Assembly (NCBI GenBank): GCA_003598135.1
Contig: QZKA01000024.1
Span: 619 to 64,618, forward strand
Direction: 5' to 3'
Length of the DNA: 64,000 nt
From: Candidatus Omnitrophota bacterium
GTDB lineage: Bacteria > Omnitrophota > Gorgyraeia > Gygaellales > Profunditerraquicolaceae
Position numbers and translations under genes: made by a program. Position 1 is the stretch's first letter; every line of letters begins with the position of its first letter. Below the pieces are notes generated by a model. That model was not told where the DNA came from. It worked only from the letters and a program-made list of their open reading frames with translations, and ran no database searches. This document shows, piece by piece, positions 47,278 to 56,720 of this stretch.

Positions 47278-48621
47278 CTATATCAGTGCTTTAAGCACTT
47301 TAGTGACCCTACTATTATTGGGAAGATTTTTTATATCCTTTACCGTAAAATGGCGTTTTGAAAAGTTATTTTGGATTTCTTCCAGGTCTTCTACAGTAAG
47401 TTCATCATTTGCGAATGGCATAAGCGACGGGGCTAATTCTTCTAAATCTCTGCCCTTTATGAGATGCCTATAATTAACATACTCTTCGGTGCCAGGTATA
47501 GGGGTATAAGGTAGTACCACCGGCAAACATCCTAATTTCCAAACGTCTATCAAAGTAAGGAGAATCGATTTCAAACTTTGTTCTGGCAGACCTATCAGAA
47601 CAAATAACCAAATGTCGTTTTCATAACGCATGGTTTTATGGCAAAAATAACCTTCTTCCTTAAATAATTTTACCACCTTCTCAAAATAAGAAAGTTTTAG
47701 TTTCTTATGAAACCTGTGCTGCAAATTAGAATCGCTGCTTTCTAAAGCCAAGCCTATATAGCTAACTCCGCTTAAACGCAATTTTCTAATAATCTCAGGA
47801 TAAATTAAACGTGGATCGAAGCCCTCGGGGATCTGGATAGAAAGATCTAGTTCCAATTCTATAATCCTATCCAGTAATTTTTCAAAATACTGTTTTGCAT
47901 CCTGTAAAATATTTGACTCCCAAAATACTATTTTCCTAATGCCGCTACTAACGCGCAACTGCAACTCAGCGATAACATCTCCTATCGGACGGTGCGTAAT
48001 AATTTTACCTTCGACCTTCGGGACTGCACAGTAGCTGCAGTTGTTACAACAACCGCGAGTGGTTTTTATTATTGCGTATTTATATTCCCTTTCTTTCATT
48101 AACTCCATAGCGGGCGGCAAATCGCTGGCTCCTTTAAATTGTCCGATAATAACATTATCTGCCTTTGATCTCTTGGCATGTTCGGGAGCAAGAGTTGGAT
48201 AAATTCCTCCTATGGTAACAGGGATATCAGGATATAACTTTTTACAGATCTCTACTACCTTGTGGACGCCCTCCCAATAAAAAGTCAAGGATGAACCTAC
48301 GTAGATTTCATCGGGTTTCTTAATTTTTTTTAGCTCAGTATTAAAAAACGAATAAGGCTTACCAATATGATAACGCTTTTTAAATATTTTCTTACTCCCC
48401 ATACCACATCTTTTTTTATCAACATACCTACCTGGCTCCTTATAAGGATGGTCTTCTCCTATATATTTATACATCCCCTCTAGAAAATCAAAAAAGCATA
48501 CCCGGCAACCTTGATTTTTTAAAAAAGCCCCGATTTTTAATAATCCTGTGTTGTAGTCAAAGTTTGCGTTTGGGCGACTATCTAACAAAGGGGGATTTAT
48601 TAGTAGTATTTCTTTAGTCAT
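47278..48621 (-). CDS. B12-binding domain radical SAM protein
   Basis: ILLINPP, GLLKIGAFLK..G, IGGIYPTL, TTRGCCNNCSYC, LIGLPEQ, YTPIPGT. Confidence 0.88.
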   Translation of the reverse strand: MTKEILLINPPLLDSRPNANFDYNTGLLKIGAFLKNQGCRVCFFDFLEGMYKYIGEDHPYKEPGRYVDKKRCGMGSKKIFKKRYHIGKPYSFFNTELKKIKKPDEIYVGSSLTFYWEGVHKVVEICKKLYPDIPVTIGGIYPTLAPEHAKRSKADNVIIGQFKGASDLPPAMELMKEREYKYAIIKTTRGCCNNCSYCAVPKVEGKIITHRPIGDVIAELQLRVSSGIRKIVFWESNILQDAKQYFEKLLDRIIELELDLSIQIPEGFDPRLIYPEIIRKLRLSGVSYIGLALESSDSNLQHRFHKKLKLSYFEKVVKLFKEEGYFCHKTMRYENDIWLFVLIGLPEQSLKSILLTLIDVWKLGCLPVVLPYTPIPGTEEYVNYRHLIKGRDLEELAPSLMPFANDELTVEDLEEIQNNFSKRHFTVKDIKNLPNNSRVTKVLKALI

Positions 48622-48648
48622 AGGAATGTTAGGCCTTACAGCCTTACT

Positions 48649-49629
48649 TTATAACGGTTTTATTTCAGAGTCTCCGTAATGAAACACATAATTTAAAAAT
48701 ACTCCTGGGCAATATTGCTCAATTTGACAATGGAAACATTTGCTTAATTTGTGGTACGAAAAAACCCTCGTGTACAAAAATATTGCATCAGATATATCGT
48801 TCTCTATTTTACATAATAAATTCGTTTTATAATTTTTGCTGCAAGAGACTGTCTTGGAAAATTTTTCTGGTGACAGCTCTTTTAAAACACACAAAGGAAA
48901 ACCGACAAAATTAAAATTAGAATTTCTAAATTTCCTTATTATTTCTTTATAAGAAGGTATTAAGCTTTTATAGGGAAGCTTGGCCTTATATTTAAGATGC
49001 AGTATCGAAAGGGGTACTTTTGTTACCTTAGCGCATAGACTAATTATTTTATCTACATGGTTTATATTTTGCTTAAGTAACAATGTGTGCAGATAAATTT
49101 TTACCCCTGGATGTGACCTTAGATTATCCACTCCGCTTCTCAGTAAATTATAACTCTTGTGATTAGCAACTATCTGATTATGCAATTTATTTATACCGTA
49201 TACCGGAATGGATATATTCCTTAATCCGTATCTTACTAGTTTTTCTGTAAATGACGAATTCGAAAAAAATTCTCCGGAAGATATGGTTTCAATTGTCTTA
49301 AAACCATACTTATTTGCAGATTCTAACAAATCCAAAATCCCCGGATAACGCAATGGTTCATTAGCGGCAAGAAGCAAGTGAGATATGTTATTTTTTCTAT
49401 TTAAATGCATCGAATTTTTTAGGCTGGCAAGAATTGAATCGTTATAACCTTTCTTAGGATCATCTTTATGAAAACAAAAAATGCAATAATTACAACATCC
49501 GGTCTGGAAACTTATAATATTATACTTCTTATTACACCCGAGCCCCTTTAATAAATGAAGCTGTTTATCGAATGGGGCAGTAAAAATACTTAAAAGGCCT
49601 TTATTATCTTGGTTAAAATCTAAATACAT
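48649..49629 (-). CDS. radical SAM protein (HxsC-like, C-terminal CxxCx5C)
   Basis: GCCNYCIFC, ANEPL, FPLC, CFHCQIEQYCPG..Y...YGDSEIKP. Confidence 0.85.
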   Translation of the reverse strand: MYLDFNQDNKGLLSIFTAPFDKQLHLLKGLGCNKKYNIISFQTGCCNYCIFCFHKDDPKKGYNDSILASLKNSMHLNRKNNISHLLLAANEPLRYPGILDLLESANKYGFKTIETISSGEFFSNSSFTEKLVRYGLRNISIPVYGINKLHNQIVANHKSYNLLRSGVDNLRSHPGVKIYLHTLLLKQNINHVDKIISLCAKVTKVPLSILHLKYKAKLPYKSLIPSYKEIIRKFRNSNFNFVGFPLCVLKELSPEKFSKTVSCSKNYKTNLLCKIENDISDAIFLYTRVFSYHKLSKCFHCQIEQYCPGVFLNYVFHYGDSEIKPL

Positions 49630-49641
49630 ACATTCTAATTT

Positions 49642-50784
49642 TTAAAAATACGTTTGACTGATTTTTCCAAAAATTAACAAATTTATTATAGGAAATTTAA
49701 CTAATACCGTAATGAAGGCGCCTAAAAATATAAAGGGCGCCAACGGCAAAGTTTTATATATCTCTATTGTTTCCGATGAACGATTTCTCAATAAGTCCGT
49801 TCTAACTTCATTAATTTGATCTTGAGTTAAGCCATCAGGATAGAGTTTACCAATTTTTTTGAAACCAAATTTCAAAATTGACTCATCAGTAAGCTGTAAC
49901 CTATCCGGCAAGTTTGCAACCGGCACCTCTTCTATTATATCATTTCTTAAAGAAAGCAATTTCCGGAGAGAATAAAAAAGCACAAAAAAGTAAGTAAAAT
50001 TCTTTAAGTACACAATAAAACTAAGAATCGCACTTGATCCGAAAATAATGAAAGAATTAACTAGAAGGCAAATCATTAAAAAACTTGAAAAAACAAGAAT
50101 GGATACATGTTTCAATAGGGTTTTATTGAATGTTCTATACAACAAAAGCGGCATTAAATAGCTCAACATTGACAAAGAAGAATCCAATTTTAGTTGAGGA
50201 AAATTCATATTAAGCACAACCAACTGAATCAACATAATAAAAGTAAGGTAACTCAACACAAACCTTAAACATTTAAATATTCTCTTTTTGATATATTTAA
50301 AAATATTTTTTAAGGAAAACAAAAAAACGTCATAAAAACTGCGAGAGCCGCTCTGTAATACCTTATTTTTAATAAAAACAACTACTTTCGTGAAATAAAC
50401 AGCTAACAAGAAAATAAAAAGCAACACAAAGACATTTGTTAAGAAAACAATTATGGGATAAAGCGGCAAAATTTTCTGAAAGGGATTTACTTTTAAAAGC
50501 ACAAAAAATGAAAACATAATAAAAAGCTTAGAATCTCCGGCAGCCCAGAATCCAAAATACCAGATTAAAAAGGCGACCAAAGTTATTAACGCGGCGTTTA
50601 TAATCACAAAAGAAAGAAAATGGAAACTCAAATACTTGAACAACAGCAAATACATAAAACTTATAAATGAAAAAAATATGCCTACGATTACCAAATTGTT
50701 CTTAATTTTTGAATATCTGATGTCGCTATACGAACTAAACAAACCGATGATCAAAAATATTAAAAAATAAATAAAATTTTCCAT
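49642..50784 (-). CDS. A24-family prepilin/class III signal peptidase, archaeal EppA/FlaK-like
   Basis: Polytopic; SYSDIRYSKIKN (Asp1), FWAAGDSKLF (GxGD-like Asp2), C-terminal DGLT..QI ... LPLAPFIFLG. Confidence 0.75.
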   Translation of the reverse strand: MENFIYFLIFLIIGLFSSYSDIRYSKIKNNLVIVGIFFSFISFMYLLLFKYLSFHFLSFVIINAALITLVAFLIWYFGFWAAGDSKLFIMFSFFVLLKVNPFQKILPLYPIIVFLTNVFVLLFIFLLAVYFTKVVVFIKNKVLQSGSRSFYDVFLFSLKNIFKYIKKRIFKCLRFVLSYLTFIMLIQLVVLNMNFPQLKLDSSLSMLSYLMPLLLYRTFNKTLLKHVSILVFSSFLMICLLVNSFIIFGSSAILSFIVYLKNFTYFFVLFYSLRKLLSLRNDIIEEVPVANLPDRLQLTDESILKFGFKKIGKLYPDGLTQDQINEVRTDLLRNRSSETIEIYKTLPLAPFIFLGAFITVLVKFPIINLLIFGKISQTYF

Positions 50785-50829
50785 TTAAGATTTAATGTTT
50801 CTTGCAGCTAATTTTGCGTTTCGGTCCGG

Positions 50830-51807
50830 TTAACGAGTAGCATGAATTCTTCTTATAATTACATCGGGATTACAAAAAATGGGATAGAGTTCTTTGCTTC
50901 CGTAAATATTGATATATTCTTTTTGGATTCCCGCACAAATTCTATTGGCCGAACAATGGGCGCAACACTCAACTTTAATTCTAAATTTCGTAGGCTTCAC
51001 CTGCCTTAATTTATCCGTCCTTTTTTTACTTATAAATGAACAAATATAAAGTTCATTCTTGACTATTTTCCTGGTTTCAGACGAAAGCTCTTCAAAGCCT
51101 TGCATATAACATAATGGAACTCGCTCAATTCTCATTGTCCTCTCATGCGTTCTCAGCAATTCAACAGTTTTCTTCAACTCCAGCTCGATATCTGTATACC
51201 TTGCTACAATCCATTGGTTATTTACTACCCTACTATTAATTTCACCATCCGCCTTCCCCGGGTCGAGATTATTATAAACAAAATGTTTTATACCAGGAAA
51301 AGCCTTAATGAAAAATTTCGCAGTGTTAGACAGATTTTTACAATTAAGCGTATTTATAGTACTATTGAGCGCCACATGGAATCCTACTCTCAATGAGTTC
51401 TCTAGCCCTTTTATTGCCTTTTTAAAATGGCCTTTCTTTTGAGATAATTTGTCTGCGATGCTGCTGCTATCGGAATGAATCGAAATATTTATATCCCTTA
51501 AACCAGCCTTAAAAAGTTTTTTAGTTAAGCGAGGGTCCTCCAGTTTGCAACCATTCGTTATGATCCTGCTTGCAATGCCGTTTTTTTGAATAAATGATAT
51601 TACTTCCGGCAAAAAGCTTACCAATGTCGGTTCTCCGCCAGTAAGAATAATTTCAGTGATGTTCTGTTTTTTTAAAGCGATAATTTTGTTTTTTATTTCA
51701 CCTAAGCCATAATTTTTTTTAAATTGGGGGTTAGAACAAAATAAACATTCATTATTACATTCCCGGGTAATCTGAAGATAAGCTGCTTTTCTAGACCTTG
51801 GGCTCAT
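50830..51807 (-). CDS. radical SAM protein (HxsC-like)
   Basis: ITRECNNECLFCSNP, TGGEPTL, ITNG, VPLC, CAHCSANRICAG..EY...YG..EL.P. Confidence 0.9.
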   Translation of the reverse strand: MSPRSRKAAYLQITRECNNECLFCSNPQFKKNYGLGEIKNKIIALKKQNITEIILTGGEPTLVSFLPEVISFIQKNGIASRIITNGCKLEDPRLTKKLFKAGLRDINISIHSDSSSIADKLSQKKGHFKKAIKGLENSLRVGFHVALNSTINTLNCKNLSNTAKFFIKAFPGIKHFVYNNLDPGKADGEINSRVVNNQWIVARYTDIELELKKTVELLRTHERTMRIERVPLCYMQGFEELSSETRKIVKNELYICSFISKKRTDKLRQVKPTKFRIKVECCAHCSANRICAGIQKEYINIYGSKELYPIFCNPDVIIRRIHATR

Positions 51808-51819
51808 CGGAGGCGTAGT

Positions 51820-52746
51820 TTATTTAAAAGTAAATAATAAAGGTTTCTCGTTTTTGATTTTACCCACCTCTTTATCGTTAAGAAAAACGGAAATGGTTTT
51901 TTTACCAAGAATAATGTTATTTCCGTTCTCAAGTCTATTATACGCACAAAGATAATTTCGATCTTTCTCAAAGCCGTGGTTTTGATTTATGCTTTTATAT
52001 ATGAAATTATAACGGGCGCTTCCTGCTGACATATCAACACTATTAAAAAAAAATGTTTTTCCGTTATTCAAAACAAGTACAGGAAGCTTTAAAAAAAACT
52101 CAATGTATTCCCGAATTTCAGTTTCCGAAACACAAATCGAATTTAGGACTTTTTGCGCATACTTTTTTGACTCATTACACGTATAAGAACATGGAAAATG
52201 TGAAATTAGCGCCCCAAAACGAGAGCCGGGGAATGCGTGTAAATTGTTTAAGTAAAATGAAGGCGTTCCTTTGGTATTCTCAAATGCACTAGATATTAAT
52301 TTTATTGATGGAGAATTTGTATTTTGTTTAAAGAAATTTATGCAGCATTGTGGGTATCCTAATAAATGGCCTATGGTTTCATCAACCATAGAGAAAAACT
52401 TTCTTCCTGACGAATATATACCTTTTATTCTTTTATCTTCCTGCTCTTTTAAAGCCTTAGCAAGTTTTGGTAATTTCGATGCGTAAAATATTATTTGGCC
52501 GCCATGGCTATGTAAAGGTGCCGCCCTTAACATCTTTTTTGTTCTTTTGATTTTATAATCGGAATGGGTTATATATATTCCGTTTTTCTCATAAATTTTT
52601 TTTATTCCTTTAAATTGCCCATGGTCGATTATGCTTCTCTGTGTAGGCTTAATACCATTTCTCAATGCCAAATACTCAAAATTAATATTTTCAATAACTT
52701 TGATGGCTTTCAATATATGTTGCGTATCGATTTTAACTCTACTCAT
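51820..52746 (-). CDS. DUF483-like cysteine-containing protein
   Basis: G.LLGYPQCCINFF and LISHFPCSYTC..S motifs. Confidence 0.65.
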   Translation of the reverse strand: MSRVKIDTQHILKAIKVIENINFEYLALRNGIKPTQRSIIDHGQFKGIKKIYEKNGIYITHSDYKIKRTKKMLRAAPLHSHGGQIIFYASKLPKLAKALKEQEDKRIKGIYSSGRKFFSMVDETIGHLLGYPQCCINFFKQNTNSPSIKLISSAFENTKGTPSFYLNNLHAFPGSRFGALISHFPCSYTCNESKKYAQKVLNSICVSETEIREYIEFFLKLPVLVLNNGKTFFFNSVDMSAGSARYNFIYKSINQNHGFEKDRNYLCAYNRLENGNNIILGKKTISVFLNDKEVGKIKNEKPLLFTFK

Positions 52747-53663
52747 TTGATCGGGGCGAGCTCAAGCCAGCCTATCTTTTCAGCATACGTTACATCAATC
52801 CCGCTGCATAATTTGTAGTGCCTGCAAGGTGAGCAAATCGGTGTTTTTGTAGTAGCTGAACTACGGTGGAGCATTGTCTTTTCTTTATTTTTAATATAGT
52901 ACGGTGTTTCTGGAATCCCTACATAATTCTCGTAACCACCCATTAGGCAAAATGGCATAGTTTCTATCTTAATGGGCAGCTCTTTTTTGTCGCCATACGA
53001 ACGCTTTAGTTTGTCAATCGCTTTTTTAAATTCTTTCGCTAACTCTGAGTATGAAACAAAGAGCTGATTAAAAAATTTATCTGCATTTCCTGCATACATG
53101 AGGGTGTTCAGTATTATACAATCGATTTTTTCGAAAGCCAGCAACATCTTAATAAGAAAATAAATATTTTTATAATTTAGCTTGGTAAGCGTAGAACATG
53201 TATTTACCTTTAACCGAAAAATATCTTTTAAGGCAACTATATTCTTCAATCCTTGGACGGTTTGCGCATATCCATTGGGAGTACGAGTTAAAGCTTCATG
53301 AATTTTTTTTGAGCTTCCATGGATAGAAATATTGACTTCTGTTAAGCCTGCTTTGACGAGCTCATCGACATAGCTACCGTAACTCAGCAATCTTCCGTTT
53401 GTTTGAAGGCAAATGTGTTTATATCCTTTTTGTTTCGCTAATTTAATAAAATTAGTTAAATTTTTATTAAGCGTGGGTTCGCATGTAGTAAAAAGCATTG
53501 AGTCAAGCGATTCGATCTTTTTACTTTGTTTTAAAAACCCTTCGGGTGTAAGCCAAGCAGCGTTTTTAAAAGACAGGTCCGGTTTGCGATCAGAACAAAA
53601 AACACAATTATTATTACAGGCAGCGCTTGTAAATATGGTAAGCCGGTCATTATCCATACGCAC
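52743..53663 (-). CDS. radical SAM protein (HxsC-like)
   Basis: CNNNCVFC, TTCEPTL, QTNGR, SIHG, MPFC, CSPCRHYKLCSG. Confidence 0.88.
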   Translation of the reverse strand: MRMDNDRLTIFTSAACNNNCVFCSDRKPDLSFKNAAWLTPEGFLKQSKKIESLDSMLFTTCEPTLNKNLTNFIKLAKQKGYKHICLQTNGRLLSYGSYVDELVKAGLTEVNISIHGSSKKIHEALTRTPNGYAQTVQGLKNIVALKDIFRLKVNTCSTLTKLNYKNIYFLIKMLLAFEKIDCIILNTLMYAGNADKFFNQLFVSYSELAKEFKKAIDKLKRSYGDKKELPIKIETMPFCLMGGYENYVGIPETPYYIKNKEKTMLHRSSATTKTPICSPCRHYKLCSGIDVTYAEKIGWLELAPIK

Positions 53664-53698
53664 CCTATGTTACTATGCTTCTACTTTCTCAGCCGTAT

Positions 53699-55783
53699 TC
53701 AAGGTAAACTGGTTAATGGCTTAAATTCGCCATCGCCATACAGCTTTAAATATAGGTCGGGAATCCCCATACAAAAATTATTTAATTTGCATTGACTGCA
53801 TTTAGTCAAAAAAGATATTTTATCTTCCATATACGTTCCTTCATTACAAAAAATTAACCTGTTCATTGAAATTTTAACGAAAGGATTGTTTTCATAAAAA
53901 TTACCTGGTTGAAGCAATTCGTCTTCAGTATAACCGGATATGGCACTTTTTAAATAAAATTTTGGCAACACACAATACGGTATCCTGATTTTAGCACGGT
54001 CCATAACCTTGTTATGCTTTAATATTTTCGCAATGTCAGAGAATTTAGGAGCAAATTCATAGTAATCGCGCTGGTCGCTATTTCTTGGTCTTACCATGCA
54101 AAAATTTATCGGAAATATTCTAAAGTAAGAAGCAATAAAATCGTATATTTTGGATATAAATAAATAGTTTTGCTTCAAAAGCAAAGAGTGCAACATTATT
54201 TCTACCTTAGGAAATCTCTGCAAATTCCTGATTGCGTTTAATAAGATTTTGAAGCTCCCACGGGAACCAGTAATTAAATCGTGAGATTCGTCATTATATC
54301 CATAAATGGACAATTGGACTTTGTCAACACCGGAAGCACAGAACTTACGGGTAAAATTAAAATTAATCAATCTTTCGCCAGAAGTGGCCAGCCTAATTTC
54401 TCTATAGCCTAATTCTTTCGCATATTTTATTACTCTTAATAAGCCCGGGTAATTTAAGGGTTCATTGCCTCCTATCCTTAGCGTATCTATTTTCAAGCTA
54501 TTGTGGATATAGGATAAATCTGATTCTATCTTATTCGGCTTTACCACAATTTCCTTATTTTTTTTGTTTTTCAGAGAACGCGAGCAAAAAATACAGCCTT
54601 TTTTACATGGAGAAGGAATTTCGCAAGAGACAAAACAGTTTTTAGAAGATTTTTCTGGTATGGGCACTAAGACTTTATATCCGTTGTTTTTAATGCGGCC
54701 GCACTGCATTCCATCGCAGGTAGCGGTAAATTTACATAAAGCGCATCTAGGGCTTTTTACAAAATAACGGTTTTTTATAAAAAAATCTAGAAAGTCAAAT
54801 ATATCTATATCATGGCCTTTATTAACTATCGGCTGACTTTCAAGCATCCTTTCAGAAATCTCGTTGTTTTTTATGCAATACGGCATATTTTTTGGCTTGA
54901 GGATACCGTCACGTTTAAATAACGATATGTCATCGCAAAAACTTTTCAAAACACAATAATCGCACCGAGTGCCTTTGCATCTTAAAGTAATATTATTTTT
55001 AAGATATTTCTCAAATTCTGCTTTTCTCCCCATTACTTCATAAAATAATTTTGCAGGGCTCTGTATTAAGTCTTCATAACCTTCGAAATATTGAGCGGGA
55101 AAACGGTTTGTGAAAATATTTAATTTTCTGTTTTTTGATAATTCAAATGCCTTTTTCAAATAGCTTAATTCTTTTTCAATGTCATAAAAAAGGATACTTC
55201 GATTATTCCACGCCCTACCAAAAGGCACTATTTGTAATAAATCAAATTCGCTTACGCCTATTCCTATAAAAAACTTTATAATACTTTCAAGCCTCCTTAC
55301 ATTTAATTTATTAACAACGATATCTTGGCTTACAATTAGCTTAGGAGACTTTAGCGCATTAATTAATCCCGCTAACGACTGAAAATAAGAGCCAGCTACT
55401 TGCGTTATACGATCATGGGGTTTTTCCTCGCATTCATGAATAGAAAAAGTTATCTCTTTTAAGCCGGAGGATATTGTATCCTGTAAAAAACTCTTATATG
55501 CAAACATCCTCCCGTTAGTTATAACCTGTATATGGCTATATCCTATCTTATTTGCGAATCTAACAATCTCTTGAAATCTTGGATGCAAAGATGGCTCTCC
55601 CCCGCTCAAAACTGCCCTTCTTATATTTTCTTTCCGCCCCTTCATTAATTCAGATTTCACTAGAGAGAACTCGATACAACTTCCGTCTTGTGATTCATAA
55701 TCCAAACAAAAAAGGCATCTATTATTGCACGCCTTAGTTAATCGGACCCAATATCTTTTTTCCTCCGGAGAACTTTTTGACAT
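53699..55783 (-). CDS. tandem two-domain radical SAM protein
   Basis: Domain 1 WVRLTKACNNRCLFCLD, SGGEP, ITNGR; domain 2 CKKGCIFC, GGNEP, TSGE; several CxxCx5C motifs. Confidence 0.88.
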   Translation of the reverse strand: MSKSSPEEKRYWVRLTKACNNRCLFCLDYESQDGSCIEFSLVKSELMKGRKENIRRAVLSGGEPSLHPRFQEIVRFANKIGYSHIQVITNGRMFAYKSFLQDTISSGLKEITFSIHECEEKPHDRITQVAGSYFQSLAGLINALKSPKLIVSQDIVVNKLNVRRLESIIKFFIGIGVSEFDLLQIVPFGRAWNNRSILFYDIEKELSYLKKAFELSKNRKLNIFTNRFPAQYFEGYEDLIQSPAKLFYEVMGRKAEFEKYLKNNITLRCKGTRCDYCVLKSFCDDISLFKRDGILKPKNMPYCIKNNEISERMLESQPIVNKGHDIDIFDFLDFFIKNRYFVKSPRCALCKFTATCDGMQCGRIKNNGYKVLVPIPEKSSKNCFVSCEIPSPCKKGCIFCSRSLKNKKNKEIVVKPNKIESDLSYIHNSLKIDTLRIGGNEPLNYPGLLRVIKYAKELGYREIRLATSGERLINFNFTRKFCASGVDKVQLSIYGYNDESHDLITGSRGSFKILLNAIRNLQRFPKVEIMLHSLLLKQNYLFISKIYDFIASYFRIFPINFCMVRPRNSDQRDYYEFAPKFSDIAKILKHNKVMDRAKIRIPYCVLPKFYLKSAISGYTEDELLQPGNFYENNPFVKISMNRLIFCNEGTYMEDKISFLTKCSQCKLNNFCMGIPDLYLKLYGDGEFKPLTSLP

Positions 55784-55793
55784 AATGGCGTTA

Positions 55794-56720
55794 TTAATTC
55801 TCCTCCTTCTTAAACTCTTTCTGGCCGTATTTTCTTAGGTATTCTTGCCAAATGCCCCAGCAATTACTACTCACTGGACAATTCTGACATTCTTTAACCT
55901 TCACATAGGTAATGATTTTATTTTTTGATACCGCATAATACTCCCTGTACTTTGTTACTGATGAATGGGGTAAAAAATTTTCTTCATTTCTGGAATCACC
56001 GTATCGAATCGAGTTATTTTTAAAGTATTTATGAAAATAGCAGCCAACCGGTGGGTTAAGCAAGCACCATGAGAAACCAAGGCCTTGTCCTTTATCTAAG
56101 GCACGTACTATATAAGGCGCTGCTTCTGATATACGCGGCGTGAGGCTTTTAAATATAGATTCATTTTTCGTGATTATATACATAAATTCCGCCCTCTTTA
56201 TCTGATATGCAAGTAAGATTTTACCAATAGACGGCAAATATTTGTAATTTTGCTTGGTAATCGTAGTATTGGTTCCTATCTGATTGAACCCTAATTTTTT
56301 TAAATTTTCTATCCCTTTTACTAATTGCTGAAAACTCCCTGCTGTATCGGTAAGATAATCGTGCACCTTGGGGCTATGGCCGTGCAAAGAAAAATCTATT
56401 TCTGATACACCGGATTTTATCAATTGCCGGGCAAAATCGTCGTACGCCAACATTCTGCCGTTTGTACTTATTCTCACTTTTTTAAAACCGATTTTTTTTC
56501 CGTATGCAATCAACTCGCAAATGTCCTTCCTTATAGTCGGTTCTCCTCCGATTAGATTAAGCCAGCTCTTCCCGATCTTTTTTGCTGCTAAAATTTCACT
56601 TTTAACTTCTTCTGTCGTTTTCTCGGACAGATGACGGTTCTCCCGGTCATAACAAAATAGGCAACCGTTATTACATTTAAATCCAAATACAATAGCGGCA
56701 TGATCGCTTATGTTGTTCAT
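55794..56720 (-). CDS. radical SAM protein (HxsC-like)
   Basis: CNNGCLFC, GGEPT, STNGR, SLHG, CQNCPVSSNCWG..EY...YG..EF. Confidence 0.9.
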   Translation of the reverse strand: MNNISDHAAIVFGFKCNNGCLFCYDRENRHLSEKTTEEVKSEILAAKKIGKSWLNLIGGEPTIRKDICELIAYGKKIGFKKVRISTNGRMLAYDDFARQLIKSGVSEIDFSLHGHSPKVHDYLTDTAGSFQQLVKGIENLKKLGFNQIGTNTTITKQNYKYLPSIGKILLAYQIKRAEFMYIITKNESIFKSLTPRISEAAPYIVRALDKGQGLGFSWCLLNPPVGCYFHKYFKNNSIRYGDSRNEENFLPHSSVTKYREYYAVSKNKIITYVKVKECQNCPVSSNCWGIWQEYLRKYGQKEFKKEEN

